Origin: Hydrurus foetidus
Taxonomy: Eukaryota
Assembly (NCBI GenBank): GCA_900617105.1
Contig: UYFQ01000056.1
Coordinates: 124,001 to 188,000, forward strand
Reading direction: 5' to 3'
Length of the DNA: 64,000 nt
The notes beneath the pieces were generated by a model. The model saw only the letters and a list, made by a program, of their open reading frames with translations. It was not told the DNA's origin and did not search any database. Position 1 is the first letter of the stretch. Each line of letters starts with the position of its first letter. Made by a program: the position numbers and the translations under genes. Shown here piece by piece: positions 27,684 to 37,503 of this stretch.

Positions 27684-27804
27684 TGCGCCGGTAAGCTAAA
27701 CATGAATGTGATATGAGGAGTATTGCTTATGATGAATGCGGAGTCAATGACTAAAATAAAATATTAAGTAGTAAAGAAATAAGAATGCATGAAACTAAGT
27801 GAGA

Positions 27805-30800
27805 CTATGGTAGAGGTGGAGTAGAGGGGGTGTTCATTAGCTGACTGCGGAACCAAAGGAATTTGGAGGGGCTTAGGCTCTTGGTTAGTCCATCCGCGAT
27901 CATGTCATGAGTATTTATGTGCTGGGGGAGAATTTGTTTCGTTGAGTAGAGCCATCGGATATAATGTGATTTAAGAGCTATATGCCGAGATTTCCGAGTG
28001 ATCTGGTGGGAGGTGGTGAGGTTAATAGCGGGTTGGTTGTCTTCGAGAATGGTAGTTGGGAGGGTTTGTGGGAACCCGATGTCAGAGGCGAATTGGCGGA
28101 AGAAAATGACATCCTTGGCGCATCTGCCTAAGGCGAGGTACTCGGCTTCACAAGGGCTGAGGGCGATGCCAGCTGTTTCTGCGGAGGAGTGTACGGCGAA
28201 GGGTGCGTTGACTGTCCCTATTTGAATTGTATATGCTGAGTGGGAGTGACCGTCTGGGTGGCACGCATGCGAGGAGTCTGCTGCGGCGCGTATGGTGACT
28301 CCTAGTTGGAATGCGGCTGGATTCGCGGAGAAAGTTGGGCCGAGATTGGGGCAGCTTTTCAGATACCGAAGTAAGTGGATCTGCTTTGATAGGTCAGACT
28401 GAGTTGGGGCGGAGTTGCGAGTGCACAGATGGATGACCTCTTTGCGGATGTCGTGCCGAATTGGAAGCAGAAATACGAGGGTGCCGTTGGTTCGCATGAA
28501 TCTAGTGCGGTCGACGGGGGTCAGATCAGTTGGTGTGTCAAAGAAAGTAGGAGTAGAAGGTGTGAGTGCAGGGGGCACAAGGTCCATTCCAGACTGATGG
28601 AGAAATTTGTGAATATGGGCACCTTGGTCGAGTGTGCACGAATGGTCAGAGTGTCGTGTTAGTCGAACGCCACAGACTCCGGTGGATTCATCATTGAAGG
28701 CAATCGCTCCGTAGCGGTTTTGAAGGATGGCTTTAAGTTCGTCGCGTAGAGCTTGCGAACATGTGACGTACCATCCGTCATCAACATGCATGTTGAGGGT
28801 GATGGAGTCGGCGGGATTGATGGGGCAGCGCTTGTGGAAACTATGGTGGTCGGATGGAGTGGGGACAAAGCCGGCTGCGGTTAGTATGTTGACTAGGTCT
28901 TTGTCGAATTCGTGGTTAGCTTGCTTAATGCCATAGCAACAACCTGTTATCTCGGCAAGCTTGCCAGCTAATGGACTAGGAAGGTCGGATGGGAGGGTTG
29001 CGATGAGTTGGTGGCCGTTGGTCATGTCGCGAGTAAGTTTATTATGGAGAAAGGCACCTGGGAAGTCAAAGTCACCGATAAGCAGGCGGGTGAGGCAAGA
29101 GCGGCGGCTTGCGTCTGCGAGATAGGCACTAAGGATGAAGGCGCGGTTGGTGGTGTCCGAGGTCCCTGCGTATGTATCGTTGTAGGACTCGCGTGGTTGG
29201 CGGCTGCCATCTATGGCAAGTCGGGCGGTAACTGTCCCATTCGACTTCTTCTTTATCAGCATTTGGCTGCGAAGAAATATTGCAGTGGGCTCAACGCTAG
29301 AACGAGGGATGAGTTTGAGGGACTCATATGTATTGAAGTGCTTCCCAAGCTCTTTTGTGATGCCTGCCTCTATGGCGGAGGTTGGGAGTATGAGAGATGC
29401 CTTACGGATTGACATTTCAGGTCGGTGTGTTGGTAGCGGTTGAGGCTCGAGGGTGGTGGGTCGGTTGTTTAAAGGGATGGCGGGAAGAGTATCGAGGCGG
29501 TGTTGTCGATTTCTGACGGCGGCTAATCGCGCATTGAATATTTTACGTTGGGCGGCATTAGAAGGGGGGGATGGTGGTGGGGGTGTAGGTGGAAGGGATG
29601 CATGGGTTGGTGCTATTGTGTAACACCCTTTCCAAAAGTTAGGTGGGTGCGAGACTCGGGACGAGCGGCGAGTTGGTGGGTCTGGTGTAGGTGGTGTTGC
29701 TGCGGCAATTGGTAAAGGCGGAGGGGGTGGGCCTAATGGGGGAGGCGGCGGGGGTGGTGGCGGGAGCAGAGGGGGTAGCACAGGAGCGGGGGATGTTGGA
29801 TCGGGGAGCGGGGGGGAGGAATATGGTGGTGGCGTGGATACCTGTGAAGGGTGTTGAGGGTGTGGGCGCTCGAGGTTGAGTGGGTTCGGCGGTGGTAGAG
29901 ATGTGGTCAGAGACTCGGGTGCGGGAGGTGGTGCTGGGGTGTGGATTATTGAGGAGGATGGTGAGTACTGAGGTACTAGGGAGTTAGGTGATTGGATTGA
30001 ATAGATAAGGTCGGCTGGCAGGGGTGATGGGATGTGTCCAGTGACTGTAGCGACGGCGTCCGCATGTGGTATGTCAGGGAGCTGGATGACATTGTTGGCG
30101 GAATGGGGTAGAGGTGCCGGGGAGGTCGCGTCGGGGAGGGGTGTGCGTAGGACGAATTGTTTGGGGGCCCAGTCAAAGGGGACAAAGTAGGGTGGGAATG
30201 GAGGTGTGGGGCGGCGAGGGACGATGGAGCCGTTGGCTAGGAGGAAGAGTGTACGGCCGGTGATTATGTCGGGGCCCATACAGACGCCTAGCTCAGCCTT
30301 GGGCTCGGCGTTGGCGGCGGTGTGGTGTGCGCGGGCGAGTGAGTGGCGCTTATCGGTGTGCTGGGTGACCATGCAGCAAGTGCCAAATGGGAATGGGCGA
30401 CGTGTTGGTTTCGAACCGCGCAGTAGCTCGTCGGGAGTGGAGGGGGAGCTGCGCGTATTGATGAGGGTGTTACGGGTGGCCGCGATGGCTTTGTGAAGGT
30501 AGAGAGTGTACTTCAATGGTAAGTGGTATGGGAGGGAGGAGAGAGTGGCGGTGGTAAGCTGGCGAAGGGTTAGAATGGACCTTTCAACGCGGGCGGCATG
30601 CTCCCCAGGGGGAGAAGTGTGGAGTGTGATACCTAGGGCACCAAGAGGGGCAGCGAGTGAAGTGTTGATCTTCTCACAATCTCCGTGGAGTGTGTGAACT
30701 CGGTGTCGGTGTGAGTTGTAGGTAGAGGCGATGACGTGTTGGAGCGCTTTGAAGATTGCAGGAGTAGATTTGGAGGAGGCTCCGACGACGGACAAATGGC

Positions 30801-32895
30801 CAGTAGATTCGTCAACGAGGATAATCTCGTGAGTGTGGAGGCCTGGCGAAGGTTCTGGAAGTAGTAGGGGGTCAAAGCTAAGGACAGCGCCAACTGAAGT
30901 GGCTGGAGCGCTGGAAGAGGGTGGGTGGGGTGGGTTACGATGTTTGCCTGCGGCACAGTGGGGGCAAGGGCCACGGAGTTGGCGATTGAGAGTAACGTCG
31001 GAGCAGGTTAGGGTACTGAAGGGTAGCTTGCCTGTGGACAGGTTGGCGCAGAGACTACGATCGGAAGGATGACAGAGGTCGATGTGCAGGTCTTCAGCAG
31101 CGTCTGCTCGTGACCGTTGCTCTGCGTTGATGTGAGGTGTTAGGAAGGTGGCGGTAAATGCGGCAGGATGATATGTGTCTGGGGACAAGGTGGAGGCGAT
31201 ACGGAGGGCGTCGAAATTGACCGGAAGAAGGTTGTGGGAGGAGAGGGCGGCGTGGGCGAGGAGCGGACCAGAAGGTGAAGAAGAGATGGAGACGTGGGTC
31301 AGAGGGCGGAGGGGGTCAGGACCATATATAGCGCCAGAGCGTTGCATTTGGCCGAGGCTGAAGAGGTTGACGGGTAGAGTAGGAGAGAGGTAGGCAGAGT
31401 TCATAGCATTAGTGGTGGGGAGGCAATGTAGGAAGCCACGATGGGTGACAGCGCAGGAGCCGCCGACACCACCAATTGAGAATGAAGTCGCAAGGGGTTG
31501 TAGGTCGTAGAGGAGGGAGGCGTCGTGGACTGTGTGGAAGGAACACGCGTTGTCCCAGTATGATAGGGTAGGGTGAGGAGGGGGGGATGCGACGGAGGCG
31601 AGGGCGAGAGGGTAAGAGAGTAGAGCGATGGGGGCAAGGAGGCTGCGCGAGGGAAGAGGTGGGGGTTGGTAGTCAGGCGGAGTCTGGATAGTCAGAGGCT
31701 TCATGGCGGCTAAAAGCATGACACTGTTGGAGGCGTCAGAGGAGTCGGCAAGGTCAAGTTGGCTGAGTAGCGCCCGGAGGCGTTGGGAAGTGTTGGAGGG
31801 TGCTGGAGGTGATGGGGGGGAGTTGGATGGGGGTGGGCTTGGACCAGGGAGGCGATTGGGGTTCTTTGAGCAGTGAGAGGAGAGGTGGCCGAACCTCTGG
31901 ACTTTATCAGCAGTCAGGCACCATGTGCATGGTGTGGGGTACAGGTGAGGTCGTGGTGTCTTGGGTGCGGGAGGTCGAGAGCGGGCGGAAGGGTTAGGAG
32001 GCTTGGAGGCGATGAGGGCTGAGCCTTGCACGGAGACTTCATCTCTCGTGAAAGAGAGGGAGTTAGCGATTTTCCAGCTTTGAAGCTGGGACATGAGTGC
32101 TGTAGGGTCGGGGAAGCGGCCGGTGGGGTGGTTGTGCAGAAGTTCATCGAGAGCCCGTCGGAATTCACCTCGGTTGAGGCCGGCGAGGTATAAGAAGCTG
32201 GCGAGTTCGGCGATGGAGACATGGCCGGGGTGAGCGAGGGATTCAAAGTCGAGGGTAAATGTTTCTGTCATGGAAGTGACTTGGTCCATGTATACCTCGT
32301 GAGGTGAATCTGCTTGGGAAATGTTTACATATTGGCGGGTCCGGTGAAGCTTGGTTGCAGCATTGCCGATGGAATGAATACTACGAGCCATGGAGTAGAA
32401 TGCATAGCTGCGGGCGCCGATGGGGAGAAGTTGGTATGCGGGGTAGTCCACGTGGGTTTTGATGGACGTGTGGGATGCTGGAGATAGATGTCGGTATAGG
32501 TGGTCAAGGCACTCGGTGTCATGATCCGAGAACCTGCGCTTGGCGTCGGTGAAGATCTTGCGATCATCTCGGTAGTTGGTGTTGCCCTGCGTGCTGAGAG
32601 GTAGGTTGGCGGCATTGAGGGGTGGGGCGGCGATTTCTTCGGCTGTGGGTGCGCGCCGGGTGTATGTGTATTGGCCAGGTATTGGGAGGCCCGTGGCATC
32701 GACGTCGAGGTCTAGCGTTGTCGGCTCTGCGGCGAAGGGCTGCAGCGGAATGAGAGTGTCGGATAGGATCTGCTGGCCGGCGACGCCAAATTTGGTGAAG
32801 CAGAGGAGCTTCAGGGCTTGATGCCATGTCGACCAGTTGTCCTTGGGAAGATCGAGGATGATGGTTGTTGGGATGGTTGTTGGAGTAGCGAGCAT
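27805..32895 (-). CDS. Copia Gag-Pol polyprotein (1696 aa, uninterrupted)
   Basis: Zinc knuckle CTWC-x10-H-x4-C; protease YWDNACSFH; integrase HIDLCH...CPHC with D (LSFDP), D (HGDCE), E (ARVER); RT FDFPGAFL, YGIKQA, MHVDDG; RNase H AADSS, SPCEAEY, LEDNQ, MIADGLTK. Confidence 0.96.
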   Translation of the reverse strand: MLATPTTIPTTIILDLPKDNWSTWHQALKLLCFTKFGVAGQQILSDTLIPLQPFAAEPTTLDLDVDATGLPIPGQYTYTRRAPTAEEIAAPPLNAANLPLSTQGNTNYRDDRKIFTDAKRRFSDHDTECLDHLYRHLSPASHTSIKTHVDYPAYQLLPIGARSYAFYSMARSIHSIGNAATKLHRTRQYVNISQADSPHEVYMDQVTSMTETFTLDFESLAHPGHVSIAELASFLYLAGLNRGEFRRALDELLHNHPTGRFPDPTALMSQLQSWKIANSLSFTRDEVSVQGSALIASKPPNPSARSRPPAPKTPRPHLYPTPCTWCLTADKVQRFGHLSSHCSKNPNRLPGPSPPPSNSPPSPPAPSNTSQRLRALLSQLDLADSSDASNSVMLLAAMKPLTIQTPPDYQPPPLPSRSLLAPIALLSYPLALASVASPPPHPTLSYWDNACSFHTVHDASLLYDLQPLATSFSIGGVGGSCAVTHRGFLHCLPTTNAMNSAYLSPTLPVNLFSLGQMQRSGAIYGPDPLRPLTHVSISSSPSGPLLAHAALSSHNLLPVNFDALRIASTLSPDTYHPAAFTATFLTPHINAEQRSRADAAEDLHIDLCHPSDRSLCANLSTGKLPFSTLTCSDVTLNRQLRGPCPHCAAGKHRNPPHPPSSSAPATSVGAVLSFDPLLLPEPSPGLHTHEIILVDESTGHLSVVGASSKSTPAIFKALQHVIASTYNSHRHRVHTLHGDCEKINTSLAAPLGALGITLHTSPPGEHAARVERSILTLRQLTTATLSSLPYHLPLKYTLYLHKAIAATRNTLINTRSSPSTPDELLRGSKPTRRPFPFGTCCMVTQHTDKRHSLARAHHTAANAEPKAELGVCMGPDIITGRTLFLLANGSIVPRRPTPPFPPYFVPFDWAPKQFVLRTPLPDATSPAPLPHSANNVIQLPDIPHADAVATVTGHIPSPLPADLIYSIQSPNSLVPQYSPSSSIIHTPAPPPAPESLTTSLPPPNPLNLERPHPQHPSQVSTPPPYSSPPLPDPTSPAPVLPPLLPPPPPPPPPLGPPPPPLPIAAATPPTPDPPTRRSSRVSHPPNFWKGCYTIAPTHASLPPTPPPPSPPSNAAQRKIFNARLAAVRNRQHRLDTLPAIPLNNRPTTLEPQPLPTHRPEMSIRKASLILPTSAIEAGITKELGKHFNTYESLKLIPRSSVEPTAIFLRSQMLIKKKSNGTVTARLAIDGSRQPRESYNDTYAGTSDTTNRAFILSAYLADASRRSCLTRLLIGDFDFPGAFLHNKLTRDMTNGHQLIATLPSDLPSPLAGKLAEITGCCYGIKQANHEFDKDLVNILTAAGFVPTPSDHHSFHKRCPINPADSITLNMHVDDGWYVTCSQALRDELKAILQNRYGAIAFNDESTGVCGVRLTRHSDHSCTLDQGAHIHKFLHQSGMDLVPPALTPSTPTFFDTPTDLTPVDRTRFMRTNGTLVFLLPIRHDIRKEVIHLCTRNSAPTQSDLSKQIHLLRYLKSCPNLGPTFSANPAAFQLGVTIRAAADSSHACHPDGHSHSAYTIQIGTVNAPFAVHSSAETAGIALSPCEAEYLALGRCAKDVIFFRQFASDIGFPQTLPTTILEDNQPAINLTTSHQITRKSRHIALKSHYIRWLYSTKQILPQHINTHDMIADGLTKSLSPSKFLWFRSQLMNTPSTPPLP

Positions 32896-32900
32896 GTTCT

Positions 32901-32915
32901 ATACTATAAGCAATT
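32901..32915 (-). promoter_or_regulatory. Candidate self-priming primer-binding site (complementary to LTR positions 32954-32968)
   Basis: Plus strand ATACTATAAGCAATT (32901-32915) is the exact reverse complement of AATTGCTTATAGTAT (32954-32968). No TGG-starting tRNA complement follows the 5' LTR. Confidence 0.7.
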
Positions 32916-33185
32916 GTCAGGTCTGTGGTCCGAAAACTATACGGTACAATCAGAATTGCTTATAGTATTACTGCGAAAGATTGTGAGTATATCAAGTGAG
33001 TGGATGTGTGAATGGATCGAATGTGTTGTGAATGGGAGGAGAGGAAGATCGTCAGGAGAAGTCGTGGTCGTCATCATCTTAGGTTCTCGGTCGTCATTTT
33101 CAGTTGGCGGTAGGGCGGCTGTTGACGGCCAGTTGGGTTTCAGTTGGATGTGAACTGTATGATGTGCAGTGTATGATCACTGACA
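32915..33185 (-). repeat. 5' LTR of the copia element
   Basis: 271 bp, matches 27413-27683; followed on the plus strand by the TSD GAAAT. Confidence 0.97.
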
Positions 33186-34066
33186 GAAATGGAAAGCTCA
33201 GTTTGATGTTTTTGAAATTTCCGTAAAAGTGACAGCTGGTTGAAAATACGGATATCCTTTCCCGTCCAGTGAGGTACCGTAGAAGTGGTGGCTTGATTGA
33301 CAATTGAGTTTGTCGAAGTTTAGGAAAATCCCATTATCGCTTCGATGATTGATGATCTCGGTGTCTTCAAACACGCCCCACGAGAGTTGTTCCAATCCCA
33401 TCAAGTGATGTGATGGACTACATTTCGAGCTACGAGTGACAGAAAGCATCCAATTTTGATTTTTTTTAGAGATTAGCCAATTTTTTTGGTAGCAGAACCA
33501 CTCCCCTGTATACAGTACACGTCTGGTTCCAGCGTTATTGACTGTACCGTAGACTTATGACATCCCTTTGAAATTGGCTTATTACAGTACGTTAATGCAA
33601 ACTTGGGCACGCAGTTGTTCATCTCAAATCAAAATTGTAATGGACAAAAGTGCAAGAAAACACAGTATTAATAAATGAATGTAAAAGGCCACTTTGCAGA
33701 TTGCCTTTGTGATAAAGGAGAAGCAAAGTCTCTGTGGAGGACTGACCACCGATGGATGCCACGAACAACTGTGGAACCAAAAATGCAGCACGATTTTTTT
33801 GGGAAGAAGCAGCTTCATGCTGTCCCTTCCTGTTGGATTTCTCTATCGCAAAAGGTAATTTAAGTTACTTCTATTGTGGCAATTTTTATAGCTTAATTTT
33901 ATTAGGTACAGAATACTCCGATATTCAGTGTGGCATTCAAATCGACGGCATCAACCATCAACCATCTCACAAACGAAAGTGGTCACTAATTTCGTCGTTA
34001 CTTGAAAGGCTATTGTATCCTATCCTATCCTATCCAGTTGAGTCGCGGGTATGTAAGAACCCGCAA

Positions 34067-36528
34067 ATGAAGTCCTTGATTGTGAGATGCGGAAGAGGTA
34101 GATATGGTTGTGCCATTTCCCTGATAAAGCATCAATTCATCCTCCGGTCACAGCGATATGACTTCGCAACCCGAGTTGATAGTGTTACGACGCCGCAGGA
34201 GAACTCAAATCTCTTTTTCGCAAGGGCGAAAAGCACTGAGGAATTTATAGCGAAACTGAAATCAAAGGCGAAGAAAGATCGCTTGGATGACAGAGAGAAG
34301 GAAATCACTGAAAAATTATCTAAGTCTGATGTTTGGGAGGACTCGAAAATTGCTACTGAGCTCTCACAGGAATTGGCTGGTATCAAAGAGAGGCAATCTG
34401 AAATCACCTCTTTAGAATTGTCATTGTCAGATGTGGTTGAAATGTATGACATGGCTGTCCAGGAGGTCGTAGATGGATCCCAGGACAAGGATATTATTCA
34501 GGAATGCTTCGAAACTTTGCAACTCATAGAGACCGAAATCGAGAAAAGACAGGTTAAGGAGCTGATGGTCGGCAAATATGATGACGCTGGATCATGCTTC
34601 CTGCAAATAAATGCTGGCGCTGGAGGTACTGAGGCTTGTGACTGGGTGGGAATGATTCTGAAGCTGTACAAAGAATATTGCAAGCTCAATGGTTTTGCAT
34701 TAAACGTTGTTGATGAGCACGTGAATGAAGAAATGAGCAATATCGGATATCGGAGCGTCACTATAAGAGTTAAAGGTGCTGCATCTGCATCAGTATCTTG
34801 CATCATGAGTTCTTCTGATCCAGTCAGCCCGATAGAAGAAGATAGACCTGAGTCGTAGATAATCATCCTTATGAATGAATTGTACAGGAAAGAATGCTTA
34901 TTTCTGGATGAAGAGCGAGGCGGGTGTCCATCGCCTAGTGCGTGTCAGTCCGTTTGACCCGTCCAAGAAGAGACACACCACATTCGCTCAGGTGTTGGTC
35001 TATCCTGAACTAGAAGAGAACAATGACATCAGTAAGGAAGATATTCTGAAGGATGTCAGAATGGACACATACAGATCGAGTGGTGCAGGAGGGCAGTCCG
35101 TGCAGAAAACAGACAGTGCAGTTCGTCTCACGCACATTCCTTCAGGTGAACAACAAACCCATCCAGCCATATGTTCGATCCTTCTTACCATATTTTAACT
35201 TTTAACCCTGCTGTCAAAATACACTTTCTTTATGTTCTGTAGTAGCCGTATTTATTGAGTTTGTCATTTTCGATATGATATTTGCTGCATTAAATCGATC
35301 TTATTTGTCGTGAGTATAGCATATTTGAGCACGTACATGATAACTCCGTAAACCAGATTACTAGTAAAGTGGTATGTAATACCAATTATCACATATTGTG
35401 CTTTGACTTTTAATCTGGAGCACGCACCCCAGCTTTATGAAATTTATACGCACCCCCACCCAGATATTACTTTTTTGGGGGAACTTTAGGCGGAAACCCC
35501 CCATTTTTTCATCTAGAATTCCAGGATCCAAGGTCCCTCCCTAAAAATGGGGGGTTTCCGCCTAAAGTTCCCCCAAAAAGTAATATCTGGGTGGGGGTGC
35601 GTGCAAATTTCATGAAGCTGGGGGTGCGTGCTCTAGATTAGAAGTCAAAGCACAATACTACCCACCCCACCTACAGAGAAATATCACTTATCAGCTGTAA
35701 CAGCTTCACGGTGTTAAAAAGTCGATCCCACTGTCTCCAATATGAGTTATTCTATGACCTGTTGTGTAGGCTTGGTAGTGACGTGTCAGAACGAGAGGTC
35801 CCAACACCAGAACAAAGCAACGGCTCTGTCCATCCTGCAGTCCCGACTGAGACAGGTCAACAAGGAGAAGAGCTATGACTTGAAGGCACAGGTCACCATA
35901 GGCACAGGTGATCAAGTCGATGATTTGCATATTTTATGCCATTTCAGATTGTAGTACTTGGTGTATGAAGACTGAGTGACTGACTGATAACTCTTCTTTT
36001 GTCTTGTTTTACCTTGATAAGCGACTCAATTCTTGTCCATGTTGTTACTGTAAAGGTTTTGCAACTCACACCGCAATATGTCTTATCACATCTTACTGCA
36101 CTGCACTGCACCACTACGTCCGCGATGCCAACCTGACTTAACATAAAATAAAATAACTTTATCTCAACCTCGCCTTACGTACGCTATCTAACCTGTCCCT
36201 ACCAGACCTTCTCTAGCATGTTATTATCTGTGCCACCTAACATAAACTAAGAATGTCTCCTACTGTATCTATAACTAATTCAATAAGAAGATAATCTATC
36301 GAGTCTTGTTTAGTCTATGCACCTTATTTGACGTCTCGTATTGCAGGTGACAACAGTTGGGGCAATCAGATAAGATCGGTTGTGATGCAACCGTACCAGA
36401 TGGTGAAGGATCACCGCACAGGGTGGGAGACGGGCAATGTGGAGGGGTTCATGTCGGGAGCTGTGCTTGGGGACTCGCTGATATCCACTTTGAAACACTT
36501 CGCTGACAAGAATGCAGAGGGTGCGTAA
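34067..36528 (+). CDS. prfB: Organellar (probably mitochondrial) peptide chain release factor 2
   Basis: Exons 34067-34775, 34888-35145, 35770-35907, 36347-36528. Motifs [25 protein letters not shown] (SPF is the RF2 signature), [26 protein letters not shown]...[12 protein letters not shown]. Arg-rich N-terminal presequence with no signal peptide. Confidence 0.93.
35396..35655. mobile_element. Foldback MITE with ~120-bp inverted arms and TA flanks (Tc1/mariner-type), in RF2 intron 2
   Basis: TTGTGCTTTGACTT...CCCCCCATTTTT (about 35396-35518) is mirrored by AAAAATGGGGGG...AAGTCAAAGCACAA (about 35543-35655). TA at 35394-35395 and 35656-35657. Confidence 0.85.
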
Positions 36529-37503
36529 AGGAAAAGAGGGAGATGATGAGTAGGAAATGGGAAGAGGGAGATAAAGGAGTGCAAGAGAACGCAATTGATG
36601 GGCAGATCCTTATTCTCCTTTAAAATAGAGGATCGCCTCATTCTTCTTTTCTCTTCTTTTCTCTTCTCCCTGTCGTTATCTAGGAGCTGCAATTCAATCG
36701 CTCTGAAGCAACTCAAGTCTGTCTGTGTGTCTGTCTTAAAGTCTGAGAGTCACCACGTTCCAGTTCATGGAGGGGGGGGGGGATGATACCAAAATGTTTC
36801 CTGTTGTTTATTCTGTCAATTTTTAATTTTTATTGTACTCCACTGTTATTAAAATTTTACAATTTTTCAAAGATTTTGGAGGAGCTTTAATCTCATCCTT
36901 GTGTGCTGCTCGCCGTACTTTTTTTGAAATGTAATTTGGAGGCAACTGAGACTGTTCACGAGATGGGCTTACACGTAACACGTTCATCGCACTGTGGCGG
37001 CTTCTAGACTTTTTTCATGCGAAGTCCAAAGTGCAACCGCTGAGAAACCGAAACCGAAAGAGCTGAAAGGGGGTCACATTGAAAATTTCGTGAATTTTCG
37101 GAGCGCTCCCAGACGAACCTTCAACCCTCAAATAAAGTTGTGCGACAAAACATTTCACAGAAGATTCCGCTGTATCACCCGCTAGTGCGTTGAATTATCG
37201 CTCAAAACTTCTGTCAACTGCGACTCGAATCCTTCCCCCTCCTAGACCAGGTTTCAACCATATCGAATTTGTGCTGCGCTCCAGTCAACGCGCTCCCCTA
37301 AAATCCGACCAGCGGAGGAAGAAATCTCATCCAACTGGACTTTCATAAATCACTAACTTTCACGAAAGATTTACTTGGAGTACTCAATTTTTGAGAAAAT
37401 TATTAGCTCTAAAAGATCAGGTAGACCGTACGTTTACGGATAGCACCCTTTGCCTTTACTCTTCAACTGATGGAAGAGGAAATAAATTGTACTGACAGGA
37501 TAA

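Larger units (their letters stand above)
27413..33185 (-). mobile_element. Intact full-length Ty1/copia LTR retrotransposon (5773 bp)
   Basis: Two 271-bp direct repeats (27413-27683, 32915-33185) with TGTCAG...CTGACA termini. 5-bp TSD GAAAT at 27408-27412 and 33186-33190. Internal single ORF in gag-PR-IN-RT-RH order, which is the copia order. Confidence 0.97.

Noticed and set aside
27684..27700. TGCGCCGGTAAGC as a tRNA primer site with the element in plus orientation
   Set aside because: It does not start with TGG, the polyprotein is on the minus strand, and the other LTR has no PPT in that orientation either.
33752..34066. N-terminal extension of the RF2 ORF
   Set aside because: Non-conserved-looking upstream in-frame sequence; the ATG at 34067 gives a plausible mitochondrial presequence.
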